In this document: piece after piece, positions 23,620 to 35,716 of the stretch
Numbering within the stretch: position 1 is the first letter of the stretch
How the letters are laid out: every line of letters begins with the position of its first letter
DNA from: Seison nebaliae
Taxonomy: Eukaryota
DNA length: 36,301 nucleotides
Assembly: GCA_023231475.1 (NCBI GenBank)
Contig: JALJEE010000325.1
Location: forward strand, 1 to 36,301
Direction: 5' to 3'
Translations under genes and position numbers: made by a program
Notes under the pieces: generated by a model
Seen by the model: the letters and a program-made list of their open reading frames with translations, nothing else
What the model was told of the DNA's origin: nothing
Databases searched by the model: none

Positions 23620-24266
23620 GTTGTTATTTTTGGGTGAAATATCAATGGAAGAATCTAAACATGGTAACATGTCAGGAACGAGCCATGACAATTCAGTTAA
23701 AGAACCGTCGTCAGTTGACGTTGGTGAGACATTTCCATTTGATGATTCTAAATCGTTGAATGATGATGAAATATTCACATCTTTATCATTCTTATTATTG
23801 TCGATGGAAGTGTCTAAAGAGATTACTTCATCCATTTTTTTTCCTTTATCATCATCACATATTTTCATTTTACTAATCGTCGATATCGGCATACCGATTA
23901 TGGAATTGGTTAATTTCGTCTCATTATTTCCTCCCAAATTATTTTTATCATCCTCATCAAACAACGGAATTATCTTCTTCTTCTTCTCATCTCGTTTCTC
24001 AACGACAATTCTCTTAATCGTCTCCAAATTATTCTTCTTCTCCTCCTCTTCATATTCTCCAATCGACCGTTTGATGTTGAAAGCGGACGGTTTTATTCGT
24101 AATATATTTGAATCACACTCATCATTAATCGATGATGAATGATCCGATGTCATATCATTCAGTTCGCGTGTCATCCCAATTACTCGCGAATTTCTATCGG
24201 AAATTATTTCTCTCCTACTCTCCCCCCCTCCAAACTGTTGCTGTTGTTGAGCAGATGAGCTCAACA
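21682..24266 (-). CDS. FOXN2/3: Forkhead transcription factor FoxN2/3 (CHES-1-like); 5' end unresolved
   Basis: [31 protein letters not shown]...[15 protein letters not shown]...GRGSLWTI...[11 protein letters not shown] is the FoxN2/3 signature. A pyrimidine tract plus CAG ending at 24267 suggests an upstream exon; otherwise the first ATG is at 24174. Confidence 0.92.
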
Positions 24267-27200
24267 CTGACAAACGGAAAGGAAATAAAATTTAACGAAA
24301 AAAAAAACGAATTCTAAAAAAAAAAATTTTTTAATTTTTCAAAAAATTAATTGGAAAAATAATAATTATAATAATGAGAAATTATAGAGAATATTTTCAT
24401 TATTTATTTTTAGAAATTCTCGCTTTCTCTCTCTCTCAATGAAGAATGAGAGAGAAAAAATTTAATGATAAATCAAAAGAGAAGAGAAGTTATGAAAAAT
24501 ATTATTGAACTATCTTTCTTCTCGAAACATGTAAGACTACTAATAGAAGAAGAATAAGATTGAAATAATTTGAAAGTTTCATTGGGAAAATCTGTTTCAG
24601 AATGATCTCTCTTTAGGATAAGTTGGAGGAGATAATAGAAAAGGAAAATAAACAGATAGTGAATCTGAAAGAATAAGCTCAAAATTTCATTTTAATTAAC
24701 AACAACGATTACGGACGCATAGAATAAAATTGGATAATAATCGAAAAAGAAATATCAAATTAAGCCGGAAGAGACGCTGATGATGGAATTGAAATAAGAT
24801 GATTCTGATCAATTTCCAGGAAATAGTGTCAATCACCATCTCTTGAAGGCGACGACATGTCGACGTCGAGAGTTCACATTGGAGAGGAGAATTGGTAAGA
24901 AAAATGGGAAATGATGGAAATCGAATAAAATATGTCGATGATTGGAAGATATTAGTCAGCGTTGTCATGGAGATGAAATCGTTCTTTTACTTATTTTCCT
25001 TTCATTACCTTTCTGCTTGAAGAGAAAAGTCTATTTCTAAACAATAATCACTCGATTATTGTCATTTTCCCATTTAGTTATTTCCCAACTCATTACTCTC
25101 ATCAATCGAACATCAGTCAACAGTCTCTGACCACAATTGGAATTGAAGAAAAAGTTAAATTGTCATTCGTCGACTTGACAACGAAGTGACATCGATAAAT
25201 GATACAAATTATTATGATTTGATGGAAGACGTAATAAATTGTGAATGAGTTTCAATGATGAGAAAGAATAGAATGTCCGAAATTCGAACGAGAGACAGAG
25301 AAAGAAATGTGACGAGTGTCGATTAATTTTTTCAGCATTTCCTAATTAATTGGAGGGAAACATGTCGTTCGGGAAGGTGATGAAATGGAGGAAACATAAT
25401 GAGAAATATGATAATCATAATTATCGATGGTAACGAAAAGAACGTCAAGTAATGAAAAGAGAAATCATTTTTTCCTGATTAACTATTCTCGATTATTCCG
25501 TCAAACATTATCATTCCTCTTGTTTTCTATTGACAAATATTTATTTGTGTTGATACCTCCATCTCATTCCACATCTCATCGACCACACGACACGTGTGAG
25601 TGTGGGAGAAGAAGACACGAGTGGAGAACGACAGAAATGATGATTGTGATGCAGATAAAATAGATGAACATTTGAACGAGAATGAAAGATAAATTTTGGA
25701 GAAGAATCATTCATCGAACGGTTGCCATGACGACGAATGAGAGCGCGAACTGAATAAAATACAGAAGTGCGTTGAGGGGAGGGAAGAGATAGCATTCTAA
25801 TTTCAATTTCTATCACTCCAATATTTCGATGATTAGTCACCGATGTAGAGAGCATAAGAAGAAAATACGTATAATACGGGAGGGATAAGATACAATATAA
25901 TTGGAATGATAATAGGAACATCTAAGGGAGACCAATAACTCTTCCTGCACCTCGATATATTTATCTATTTCGTATTATACTGTTGTTTTCTGTGCGATGC
26001 TGAAGACATTCGATTCTCCCTTCTCTATCATCATATAAATATCTCGCAATTATTGATGCTATAGTAACCGATTAATGGGCAGATAATTTATCTCTATCAC
26101 ATCTCTCCCCTACTCTCTCTCTCACTACTCTTACCAATGCTACACATATGTATGTCATATATATTCCTTCAAATCATTCATATCACATATTACTCATCAT
26201 CTCATGTGCACTCAATATCTCCTCACAAACTACTGTACGAATTAAACTAGAACTAGTATGACACATCGAAAATTATTGTAACAAGAAAGTTCGTTTGGTA
26301 AAACTAAAATTATTCAATCAATAAATTCATAAACTTATTTAAATGTTTAAAAAATTTAATTTAATTAATTAATTTTAATAGATTGATGAAAATTAAAAGA
26401 AAAAAACATCAAAAAATTAAAGTGGATGATTTGATCGTGTCGTTTGGAGTGTGTTGATGGTGAGTTTGGAAGAAATGAAGAATGACTCCAATGTAACGAA
26501 ATACTTCTTTAAAACAAACATAATAAAGAAAAGAAGAACTATCCTTCAATTGTTCGAAAGAGAATTGAATGCAACTGAAATGAACATAAAACGGGAGGAT
26601 AGTGGAAGTCATTTACCAAATGAAGAAAACTTTCTTTCCAACTCCTATTTAAAAGACGTTTAGGTACATATACAGTTTCATTTTAACGAATCTCCACATT
26701 GCTTCATTTCTTTTTTTTATGAGAAGTTTTTTCTTCTTCAATCCGAACAATTTTCCACTAATTTTTCTCATGAGCAAAATGGGAAAATTAATCTAATTTG
26801 GAACAAGTGTACCATTTTTTCGTGCACTTCATTCGTTCCATTCGAAAATAATTCTCACAAAACCAACTTTAATTTTTCTGACGAATGAATTAGATTTTAA
26901 AGTTGTAAGAAGTTAAGTGTCTAATATGAAGAAGTGGGAGAAATGAAAGTTGAGAGATAATGAAGTGGAGACGTCCAGAAAACATGTTTGAAAGTTGATG
27001 ACAGGTAACAGGAAATTGAAAAGAAAATTAGTTTGGCGGTTTAACATTTAATCTTAAGTTGAAAATGTGTTTTTGATAGTTTTAATTTGATAGTTATATG
27101 CTCTTCATAACTTCTCATCCTTTTCATATTGGAAGTGACATTGAAATTGATGAAATCGGATCGTTCCGTTTGCAGATCATTATCAGACCATTCCCATCAT

Positions 27201-27677
27201 CTTCAGACGAAGAATGAAATTGATAACTCTTCAATGGCGATGATGAGGAATAATTAAGTGGAGGATGAAAATTAATCAAACTAGACCGCCGTTTGGTACA
27301 TTTTCAAACGTCCCAACAACAACAACGACTGTTCGTTGAAGTGATAAGTGTCTGAACTACAATTCGTAGTGAGACGTACATATTAACTGTTCTATTGCCA
27401 CACTTCCTTCCCATATGGAAATATATGAATAATAATGATGATGATAATCATGATTCATATCCATTCATTCAATAAGAAGTGAACGCTTCTAATTATATAA
27501 TGTTCATTTCTTCTTCTTCTTTTAACAAAGTTCGATGCGTTAACTTCTTCTTCAGTTTATACTTATTTTCCTTTTGTGCATATCTCTCTATATTCCAATT
27601 TGCACATTCATTCATCTATATGTCCGAATAGTCAACTCTCTATGTTATATTCCTTCGTGTTTATCTATCTCTATCTA

Positions 27678-27708
<31 letters not shown>

Positions 27709-28000
27709 TACCTGTGTGTATATGGAAAATATGTGGAAAGAAGAAAAATTTTTACTTATTCATTCCAAGTTCAACAACATCATCATCATCCTTTCTTTTT
27801 CCTGATTCAATGTCACTTTTCTATTACAATTCTATCTAATCCATCATCAGTTCATGATGAAAAATCGTCGGCATTTTCAAATGACAATTTCATTGAAGAA
27901 GATAATTTGAAAAGAATCCATTAATCTTCGAAAACTGTCCAAACATATTAATGAAACTTTATCTTTTTTTCAAAACTTTTCAATGGAAAATTCTTTTTGG

Positions 28001-28137
28001 AAATTTCAGTTTTTTTTCAATGAAATTTCTTTTCTTTCTGAACATTTCAGTTTTTTTCCATCAAATTTCTTTTCTTTCTGAACATTTCAGTTTTTTTACA
28101 TCAAATTTCTTTTGTCGTTGAAAATTTCAATTTTTTC
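28001..28137. repeat. 40-bp tandem repeat (~3 copies) upstream of Flightless-I
   Basis: AAATTTCTTTTCTTTCTGAACATTTCAGTTTTTTT at 28023 and 28063, with a degenerate copy at 28103. Confidence 0.85.
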
Positions 28138-28326
28138 TACTTCTTTCTTAAATTTCAATTTTTTTTGTCATTTCTAAATTTTTTTTAAAATTTCTAATTT
28201 TTCCCATCAGATGATTTTGATTATGGTTCAGGTTAAAGTAAGTAAGTAGTCAATGTTGAGGATGGTAATGCGTTCGTGAATTATCAATCGTTCGAATCAT
28301 AATCACCATTCTTCCTGGCGGTTATT

Positions 28327-31300
28327 ATGGCGCAAACGGGCGTTCTCGCTTTCCTCCGAAATGTCAATTTGGATGGGAACAATTTCTCCGTTCGATTTTC
28401 TTTTTATATTCAATTTTATTCTTGTAATTTTAGTTACCGCAATATATTCCTGAAGATCTGGAACATATGGGCAATTTGCGATCGTTGTCATTGAATGGGA
28501 CACGATTGAAAAGTATTCCATTGAAGCATTTGATTATGTTGGAGAAATTGGTTAGATAATAAATGAGATAATTTTTTCATTTCTCAATTTCATTCTTTAG
28601 GAGAGTCTCAGTTTGAACAATAATAATTTTACAGAAATTCATTCGAAACACAAATCCATTTTTCCCACATTCTCCAATCTGAAAGAATTGTATGTTCGTC
28701 ACAATCAATTGACAGACGACGGATCTCTTCCACAACAATTATTCGAAGAGTCTCATATTGAAATTTTGGTTTTGAATTAATTTTCCATTTTTTTTTCCAT
28801 TTTATGATAATAATTCAGGATTTGAGTTATAATCGTTTAACGGATTTATCCAATTCGTTGGAATATGCGACACATCTCGTCTCTCTCAACATCTCTCACA
28901 ATCAGTTAGTTTCGTTTATTAATTAGAATTTGTTATGAAAAAAAAAACGATCAGAATTCAAACGATTTCCAACAATCTCTTCTCCGCATTGACACAACTT
29001 CGCTTTTTTGACATTTCTCACAACAATATCGGTTAATTAGTTTTTTCTTAATCGATTTTTGAATTTTCTATCTAGAAACTCTCTCGTTACAATTCCGTCG
29101 TTTGACGGAATTGCAGGAATTGAATATCGGAAATAATCCACTTCAAATCCACTCACAAATGAGACAATTGAAAAGTTTGACGAAATTGACCGTTCTCAAG
29201 ATGAGATGTTGTCAACGAACGAAAGATAATTGTCCAATCTTCGACGAATCGATAATGAATATCGAAGGTTCAATTTTACTTTACCGTTTCTGATGGAAAT
29301 AATTTTTAATTTGAAAGAACTGGATTTGAGTGGAAATGATTTAGAAGAGATTCCAAATTTCGTATTCGAATTGAAAAAATTAAAACGACTTTATTTGAAC
29401 GATAATCGATTGACGACAATTCCATCAGAAATCGATCAATTGAATCAATTGGTCATTCTTCAATTATCGCGCAATCAATTGAGGAGTTTGCCGGTTTCAT
29501 TTGTCTATTTGTTCCTTACCGATGAGATGAATGGTTGAAGTTTTGTAGAATAATCTCATAAAATTAGATCGATTGGAACGATTATATTTGAATTCGAATC
29601 AATTGACATTTGATCATATTCCTACAGGAATGGGAAAATTGAGAGAGTTGCGACTCCTCTCATTGAACGACAATCAATTAGAAATGATACCAGAATCGAT
29701 TTGTCGGTTATTTTCCATCATTTCCATCATTTTTATGATTTCCGTCAAATTTTCCATTTTTTCCATTTTTTTTCTTTTTAGTTGTGGGAAATTGAAGAAA
29801 TTATTATTGGAGAAGAATAAATTATTGACGTTACCAGATTCGATTTATGCACTCAAATTGAATATTTTGAATATTAATGATAATTATGAAATTATTTTAC
29901 CCTCGAAAGCGCAAAAGATTCAGAAAGGTGCCGGCGACATGTTCTACAACATCAACTTCGAGTTATCACATCAGTTGATGAAGTTGGCGGAGAAGAATAA
30001 ATTAGATTTCGATTGGCCATCAACACACAATCTTCGCGGTGGTAAAGATCGAGTGGCTCGAAAACGTCGTTTGAAAAATATTTGTCGAATTGGAAAAAGA
30101 TCGACGGAAAATGATTCAAATAAAGCGTTAAATGAAGATGATGATATCGCATCGTCACAAGTCCTTCGAGGTATGAGAGATGTGGCGATAACGAACAATA
30201 AGAAGAATTTGAACGAAAACCATCAAAACGGTATTGATTCGTCGATTAATAAGCGATTGTTGGCGGATGAGGTGTTGGCAAAACAGAAACCAGATACTGA
30301 TTATCGTGATTTATTCGATGACGATATTGGAACGGAGACGGGATTGATTGTTTGGGAGATGGAACATTTCCTGCCGAATCGTCTCGATCGAGAATTAAAC
30401 GGTTCATTCTATGATGGTGATTGTTATATCATTCTTCATACATATATGGATGAGAATGAATCATTGAATTGGCAGATTTATTATTGGATTGGATGTGAAA
30501 CAACATTAGATAAACAAGCTTGTGCAGCAATTCATGCAGTTAATTTACGAAATGCACTAAATTCTCAACGACGAACAATTCGAGAAGAATGTGGAATAGA
30601 ATCATCAGAATTTCTCTCACTCTTCCCCAACAATTATATCACCACATTACATGGAGCAAATACAGCGAGTGGTTTCTATAATATTCCTGGGGAAGGTGAA
30701 GTAATTAAACGTCTTTATCGATTGTCAGAAATGGGACCAAATGCCAACGAATTGACACGACCGAGTAATTTGTGGGCAGAAGCGATGCCACTCCATTATG
30801 GCGCATTAGATCGTCGTCATTGTTTCATTCTACATACAAATGATGTTGTCATCGTATGGAATGGAGAGAGATGTTCACCTGTCATTAGGAGCAAAGCGAG
30901 ATTATTCGCTGAACAAATTAACAAAATGCCAAATCGATTGACGAATAAAAAAGGAGATCGATACGTTTTTGTCGTCTCACAAGAAGCGTCTTTATCTCAG
31001 AAATATTGTGAGGAGAAAAAAGAAATGGAAATATTCTGGTCGGTGTTGAAAGGACCGCCCGAACCAAATTATCTCGTTCCAATGAGCGAAATGATGGGAA
31101 ATGAATCGTCACATCTTCAAGGAAGTGGCGATTGTCCTTCAAATATGAGAGAAGAAGAAATTTGTGAGGAAGTGTTCAATATTCGACAACATCTTTATCA
31201 ATCACTCGTTCTTGCTTATCGTCCTCCCATCATCTATCGTGTCTCGCTGGGACATGGATATCTAGATTTGACTCAAGTCACATCAACAGATGCCGCTCTC

Positions 31301-33476
31301 ATTACACTCGAACGACAATTGTCACAAGCGAAAAATTATCATCGAACAAAATTGAAAAATTCAAAAAAATTTAATAAAGAAAATAAGAAAAAAATAAATA
31401 ATGATGATAATAATGATAATAATGATGATAATGATAATGATGATGTTAATGATGATGATGATGATGATGATTATTCGTTACAGAATGTGTTGAATGAGAA
31501 AGATCTTCCCAAATTGAATGATGTCACACTCACCACATATCGAACACTTAGATCAGATTTATTAGAGTCCAATTCCGTCTACATCATCGATGGATGGAGT
31601 GACGTGTTCGTCTGGTTTGGGAAGACGTCCAATCGAATTCTCCGTACAGCCGCAGTTAAATTGGCGAAGGAATTGAATCTCATGTTCAAACAACGTCCAC
31701 TCTATTCCATTGTTCTGCGAGAGGTGGAAGGAACGGAATCACCAGTTTTCCAATCGAAATTCACCGAGTCAAATTGGCGAAATGAGAAGAGACATCGATC
31801 AAAATCTAATGACAATCAGAAGAAATTGAAAAAGAATAAAAAGAAAGTTTCAGACGAACCGAAATTACATGTCGATCTCTCCGCTCTTTTACGTCCACGA
31901 TATTCTCCCTTATCATATATGGAAGCGATAAATCATTGGAATATTTGTAATGACGCTTTAATCGAAAAGACTCCTGATGCCTTCGTATTAGAGAACAAAC
32001 AATTCGTTCGTCTACCTGAACATGAACGAGGTTTTAATTACAATTGTTTATATTATATTTTAATTGATTAATTTATTTAAATTTTAATTATCATTATTCT
32101 CTCAATTAATTTCAAAATAATCATTTTCTCTAATGATATTTTTAAATTTACAGGAATTTTTTACGCGGGAAATTGTTACGTCTATTTCTGCCAATATTCA
32201 TCAGAATTTCTCACGAATATCATCGGGGAAAATGAATCGGAATCATCAGATTATGAATCCAATTTAAATAGTCATCGAAGTGTCGTTTATTTTTGGCAGG
32301 GTAGAAATGCGACGAATGTCGGCTGGCTCAATTTCTCATTCACGTTAACTTTATTCAATTTTTTCATTTGTGTTTCATTTCCGTTTCAGATTGAGAAAGA
32401 AATTAGAAATGGTCGTGGGAGATAGTTTGGAGATCTATAAAGAATATCAAGTTCTATTAATTCGTCTTTTTAAAAAAATTCATTTTTTATTTATTCACAA
32501 AAATTTCAAATGGAATTTATCATGGAAAAATTAGCAAAAAGAAAGTTCCGTTTTTCTTTCACATTTCCAAGGGCGATTCGTTATAAGACGAGGTCGTCGA
32601 GAGAGTTTTCTAGCGAAGAATGGACAATGTTATCCCGACGAACCGGAACTACTTCAACTTCGTGCCAATTGTGGATGGCAATCGATTCGATGTATTCAAA
32701 TCGATTCATTATCATCAAATTTATGTTCTGCTTTCTGTTTCATATTCTGTGTTCCATTTACTAATGCTTCCAAATCCAATAACAACAACAACAATAATAA
32801 TAATAATAATAATAATAACGAAAGTTTTTTTCATGACGAAAAATCATCGTCATTATCATCATCGTCATCATATCAGATGGGTAATGTGATAGAAGATGAT
32901 GAAGAAGATCGAGGAATAGTTTATGTTTGGATTGGTTCGAACGCCGATCCTCATGAAGCACATTTGGCGGAAGAGATTGCTAATTATATTTATGATGATA
33001 CATATTCCATTCAAGTGATCAATGAGGGACATGAGCCAAAGAATTTCTTTTGGGATTCAATGTCGAGAGGTCGACAAACTTATTCGAACGACGCCGATTA
33101 TTTACGTTCTGTCCGATTATTTCGATGTTCCTGCTCTCCCGGTTATTTCGAGATAACAGAAAAATTAGATTTCTGTCAAGATGATCTCATCGATCACGAT
33201 GTCATGATTCTCGATAATGGAACTAAAGTCTATTTATGGATCGGTCCTTGTAGTTCAGATATCGAGAAGAAGTTGAGTTATAAGAGTGGGGAAATGTACG
33301 TGAATAGTCTGCGACAGAAAGGCGAGAAAAGAAAGATAATTTTCGTGACGAAAACTCACGAATCTCTCGAGTTCACCAAAGCTTTCCATGGATGGACCAG
33401 TCATATCAAATCACCCAAATCGTTAGAGAAGAATATCATTCTTCAAGAGATGTATCAAACGGGCAATATGAATTGA
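28327..33476 (+). CDS. FLII: Flightless-I (LRR + gelsolin repeats), ~1492 aa, 12 exons (28327-28389, 28434-28550, 28601-28768, 28819-28904, 28955-29031, 29076-29267, 29318-29493, 29549-29706, 29782-32030, 32154-32343, 32390-32450, 32535-33476)
   Basis: The N-terminus MAQTGVLAFLRNVNLDGNNF resembles FLII. LRRs are followed by FYDGDCYIILHT, IYYWIG, DKQACAAIHAVNLRN, VYFWQGR and FCQDDL. Eleven GT-AG introns keep the frame throughout (4479 nt in total). Confidence 0.95.
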
Positions 33477-33963
33477 CTATGAATTTCGAATTCCATCAAA
33501 ATCCGTCAAATTATCATCAACCGTTTTTTTGACGTTGTCAATTGGCATTTAAACGTATTAACAACATATCTCTCTCTTATTATTATTATCGTAAAGAGAA
33601 ATCATCTTTTCTTTACCATCCTACTTTCCACCTTCTCAAACGCTCTTCTCCTCCACTTCTTGTTTGTCATTCAATTTTTCTTCTAAATAAAAATTAAACG
33701 GCTATTAATCAAATCAATTCTTATCATCACATTTCCATTAAATACTTAAATAAAAATAGAATTTCAAAAAATTTTTTCTCGTCTAACAATTATTTAAAAA
33801 AAAATCATTTATATGATATATATTATGATATATTGATAATGGAGTTTAATTAAATTTCTAAAATTCTCCAATATAGAATAGATGTCGTTATTTATCTAAC
33901 TAATTCTTCTTTTCGTAGTAGTTGAAGGAGTTGAAAGAAATGAAGATGAAAAAATGGAAATTC

Positions 33964-35716
33964 TCATTTTCTTCCATCGATCAACTTCTCTGCCATCATA
34001 ACAACGGTTGCATTTAAGTTAGTTGAAGTGATGGAAGGCATGATGGAAGCATCGATGATTTGTACGTTCTAAAAAAGGAAAAATTGCAAGAAAAAAATTT
34101 TAGAGAATTAACTTCAATTCCATGAAGGAAACCAGATGAATTGACGACACTGTCACTCTCATCAATTCCCATTCGACATGATGATGATAAATGATGAACG
34201 GTGCCGCCCGTCTCTCGAATATATTTATATAGATCATTATCGTTCTGATATTGGAAACCTGTAAATTGAAATTTTTGATGGAAATGAAAAAAGTGATTGA
34301 ACCTGGAAAGAATTCATCTTTAATCTCATCTCGTAAAGGTGATTCGTGACAAATGAGTCTTGCTTGACGAATTGCTTCTAATGTCATCCATTGGTCATAT
34401 TGAGTGGAGAGATAATTTGGATTGATTAATGGAAGAAGAGAATTGGAACGATTATCTGAATGAATTGAACCGACTGATGTTGGTTTTGTGAGATTTGAAT
34501 ATAATTGAAATCCATCAATTTTATAAAAAGAAGTTTCGTTATCTCGAAGCATAGCAGGAAGAAAATGAATTTGAATATCACTTCTATCATTTCTTTGCTT
34601 AGTTTGAGATGAATTAATAAATGCTCCCATTTCCATATGATTGGAAGCAGAAAATCCATCACCATTAATCAACCATCGAAATATCGATGCTGATTTCCTC
34701 CAATTCGAATATGACATTCTCATCAATTTCGATTTGATTCGTCTCATTCGATATTTGAGTTGAACGGCGAAATGATCTTGAACATTCTCTCCAACATTTT
34801 CCAGACGTTTTTTCAACGGAATTTTCAAAGAATTTTCAATAACATCTTTTCTACCAATTCCACTTCGTTCAAGGAATAAAGGCGATTCGATCGATCCGAG
34901 ACAAATGATGATATTTTCTCCTTTCACTCGGAAACTTGTCGGACTATTGGGATATGTTAATTCGATGGAATTACACCGTTTATTATTCTCATCTAAAATC
35001 ATTCGATGACATTTGACATTTTGAAGAATAGAAATATTTCTCCGAATGGGAAAGAGATAATCGAAGGCTAATGATCGACGAACACCTTCATTAATGGCTG
35101 TATCAAAATATCCATAACCGTTTGATGAATATGAATTAATATCGGGAAGGAAAATCTTTCCGTTATTTTTACAACTTTCCAGAAATAAATCTCCATAACG
35201 ATTACGAGTTAACGGTCCTTTTGACAAGTAGAGTGGACCGGAAGAACCACGTTCATTATAATCACATTTCTCATTTAAAATCGTTTCACTTTTTTTAAAA
35301 TATTTCACACAATTCTCATACGACCACGAATCATCAGCGATACGTTTCGACCATTCATCCAGATCGAACGGATGAGCTCTCAAATGAACCATTCCATTAA
35401 TTTGGGAACAACCACCTAATATCATCCCTCTCGGATATGTAATGATACGATCGTTCAAATTCGTTTGTGGTAACGACTCATAATAAGTTGTGTGTTTGGG
35501 CGAAGTTATGGCATTAGAAATACCGATAGGTATGTGGAACTTCCAAGCATCTTTCAACCAATTAATCTCCTTTCCAACATCCACTACCAAAATATTGGCA
35601 TTCTTATCCTTCTCGTATAATCGACGAGCGACAACACTACCCGCTGATCCACATCCACACACAATATAATCATAAGATAACTTTCTCAAATTAGATAACT
35701 TTCTCAATTGGAACAT
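33964..35716 (-). CDS. GMC oxidoreductase, choline-dehydrogenase-like, ~554 aa, 3 exons (35716-34303, 34258-34113, 34068-33964)
   Basis: YDYIVCGCGSAG (FAD-binding), RGMILGGCSQINGM and VGENVQDH. Splicing out 34259-34302 and 34069-34112 gives the C-terminus TVHHLSSSCRMG...IIDASIMPSITSTNLNATVVMMAEK with the catalytic His/Asn. The basic N-terminus resembles a mitochondrial presequence. Confidence 0.9.

Noticed and set aside
21710..24317. Plus-strand and alternate-frame ORFs over FoxN (poly-S, -I, -M, -Y)
   Set aside because: They are shadows of trinucleotide repeats in the real CDS.
31445..31483. Possible 39-nt in-frame GTTAAT...TTACAG intron in FLII
   Set aside because: It lies in a GAT-repeat Asp tract that reads as coding and is shorter than any supported intron. 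It was left out of the counts and needs cDNA.
33964..35716. Horizontal bacterial origin of the GMC oxidoreductase
   Set aside because: GMC and choline dehydrogenases are native to animals, and this gene has host-type introns and a presequence-like N-terminus. A phylogeny would be needed to claim transfer.
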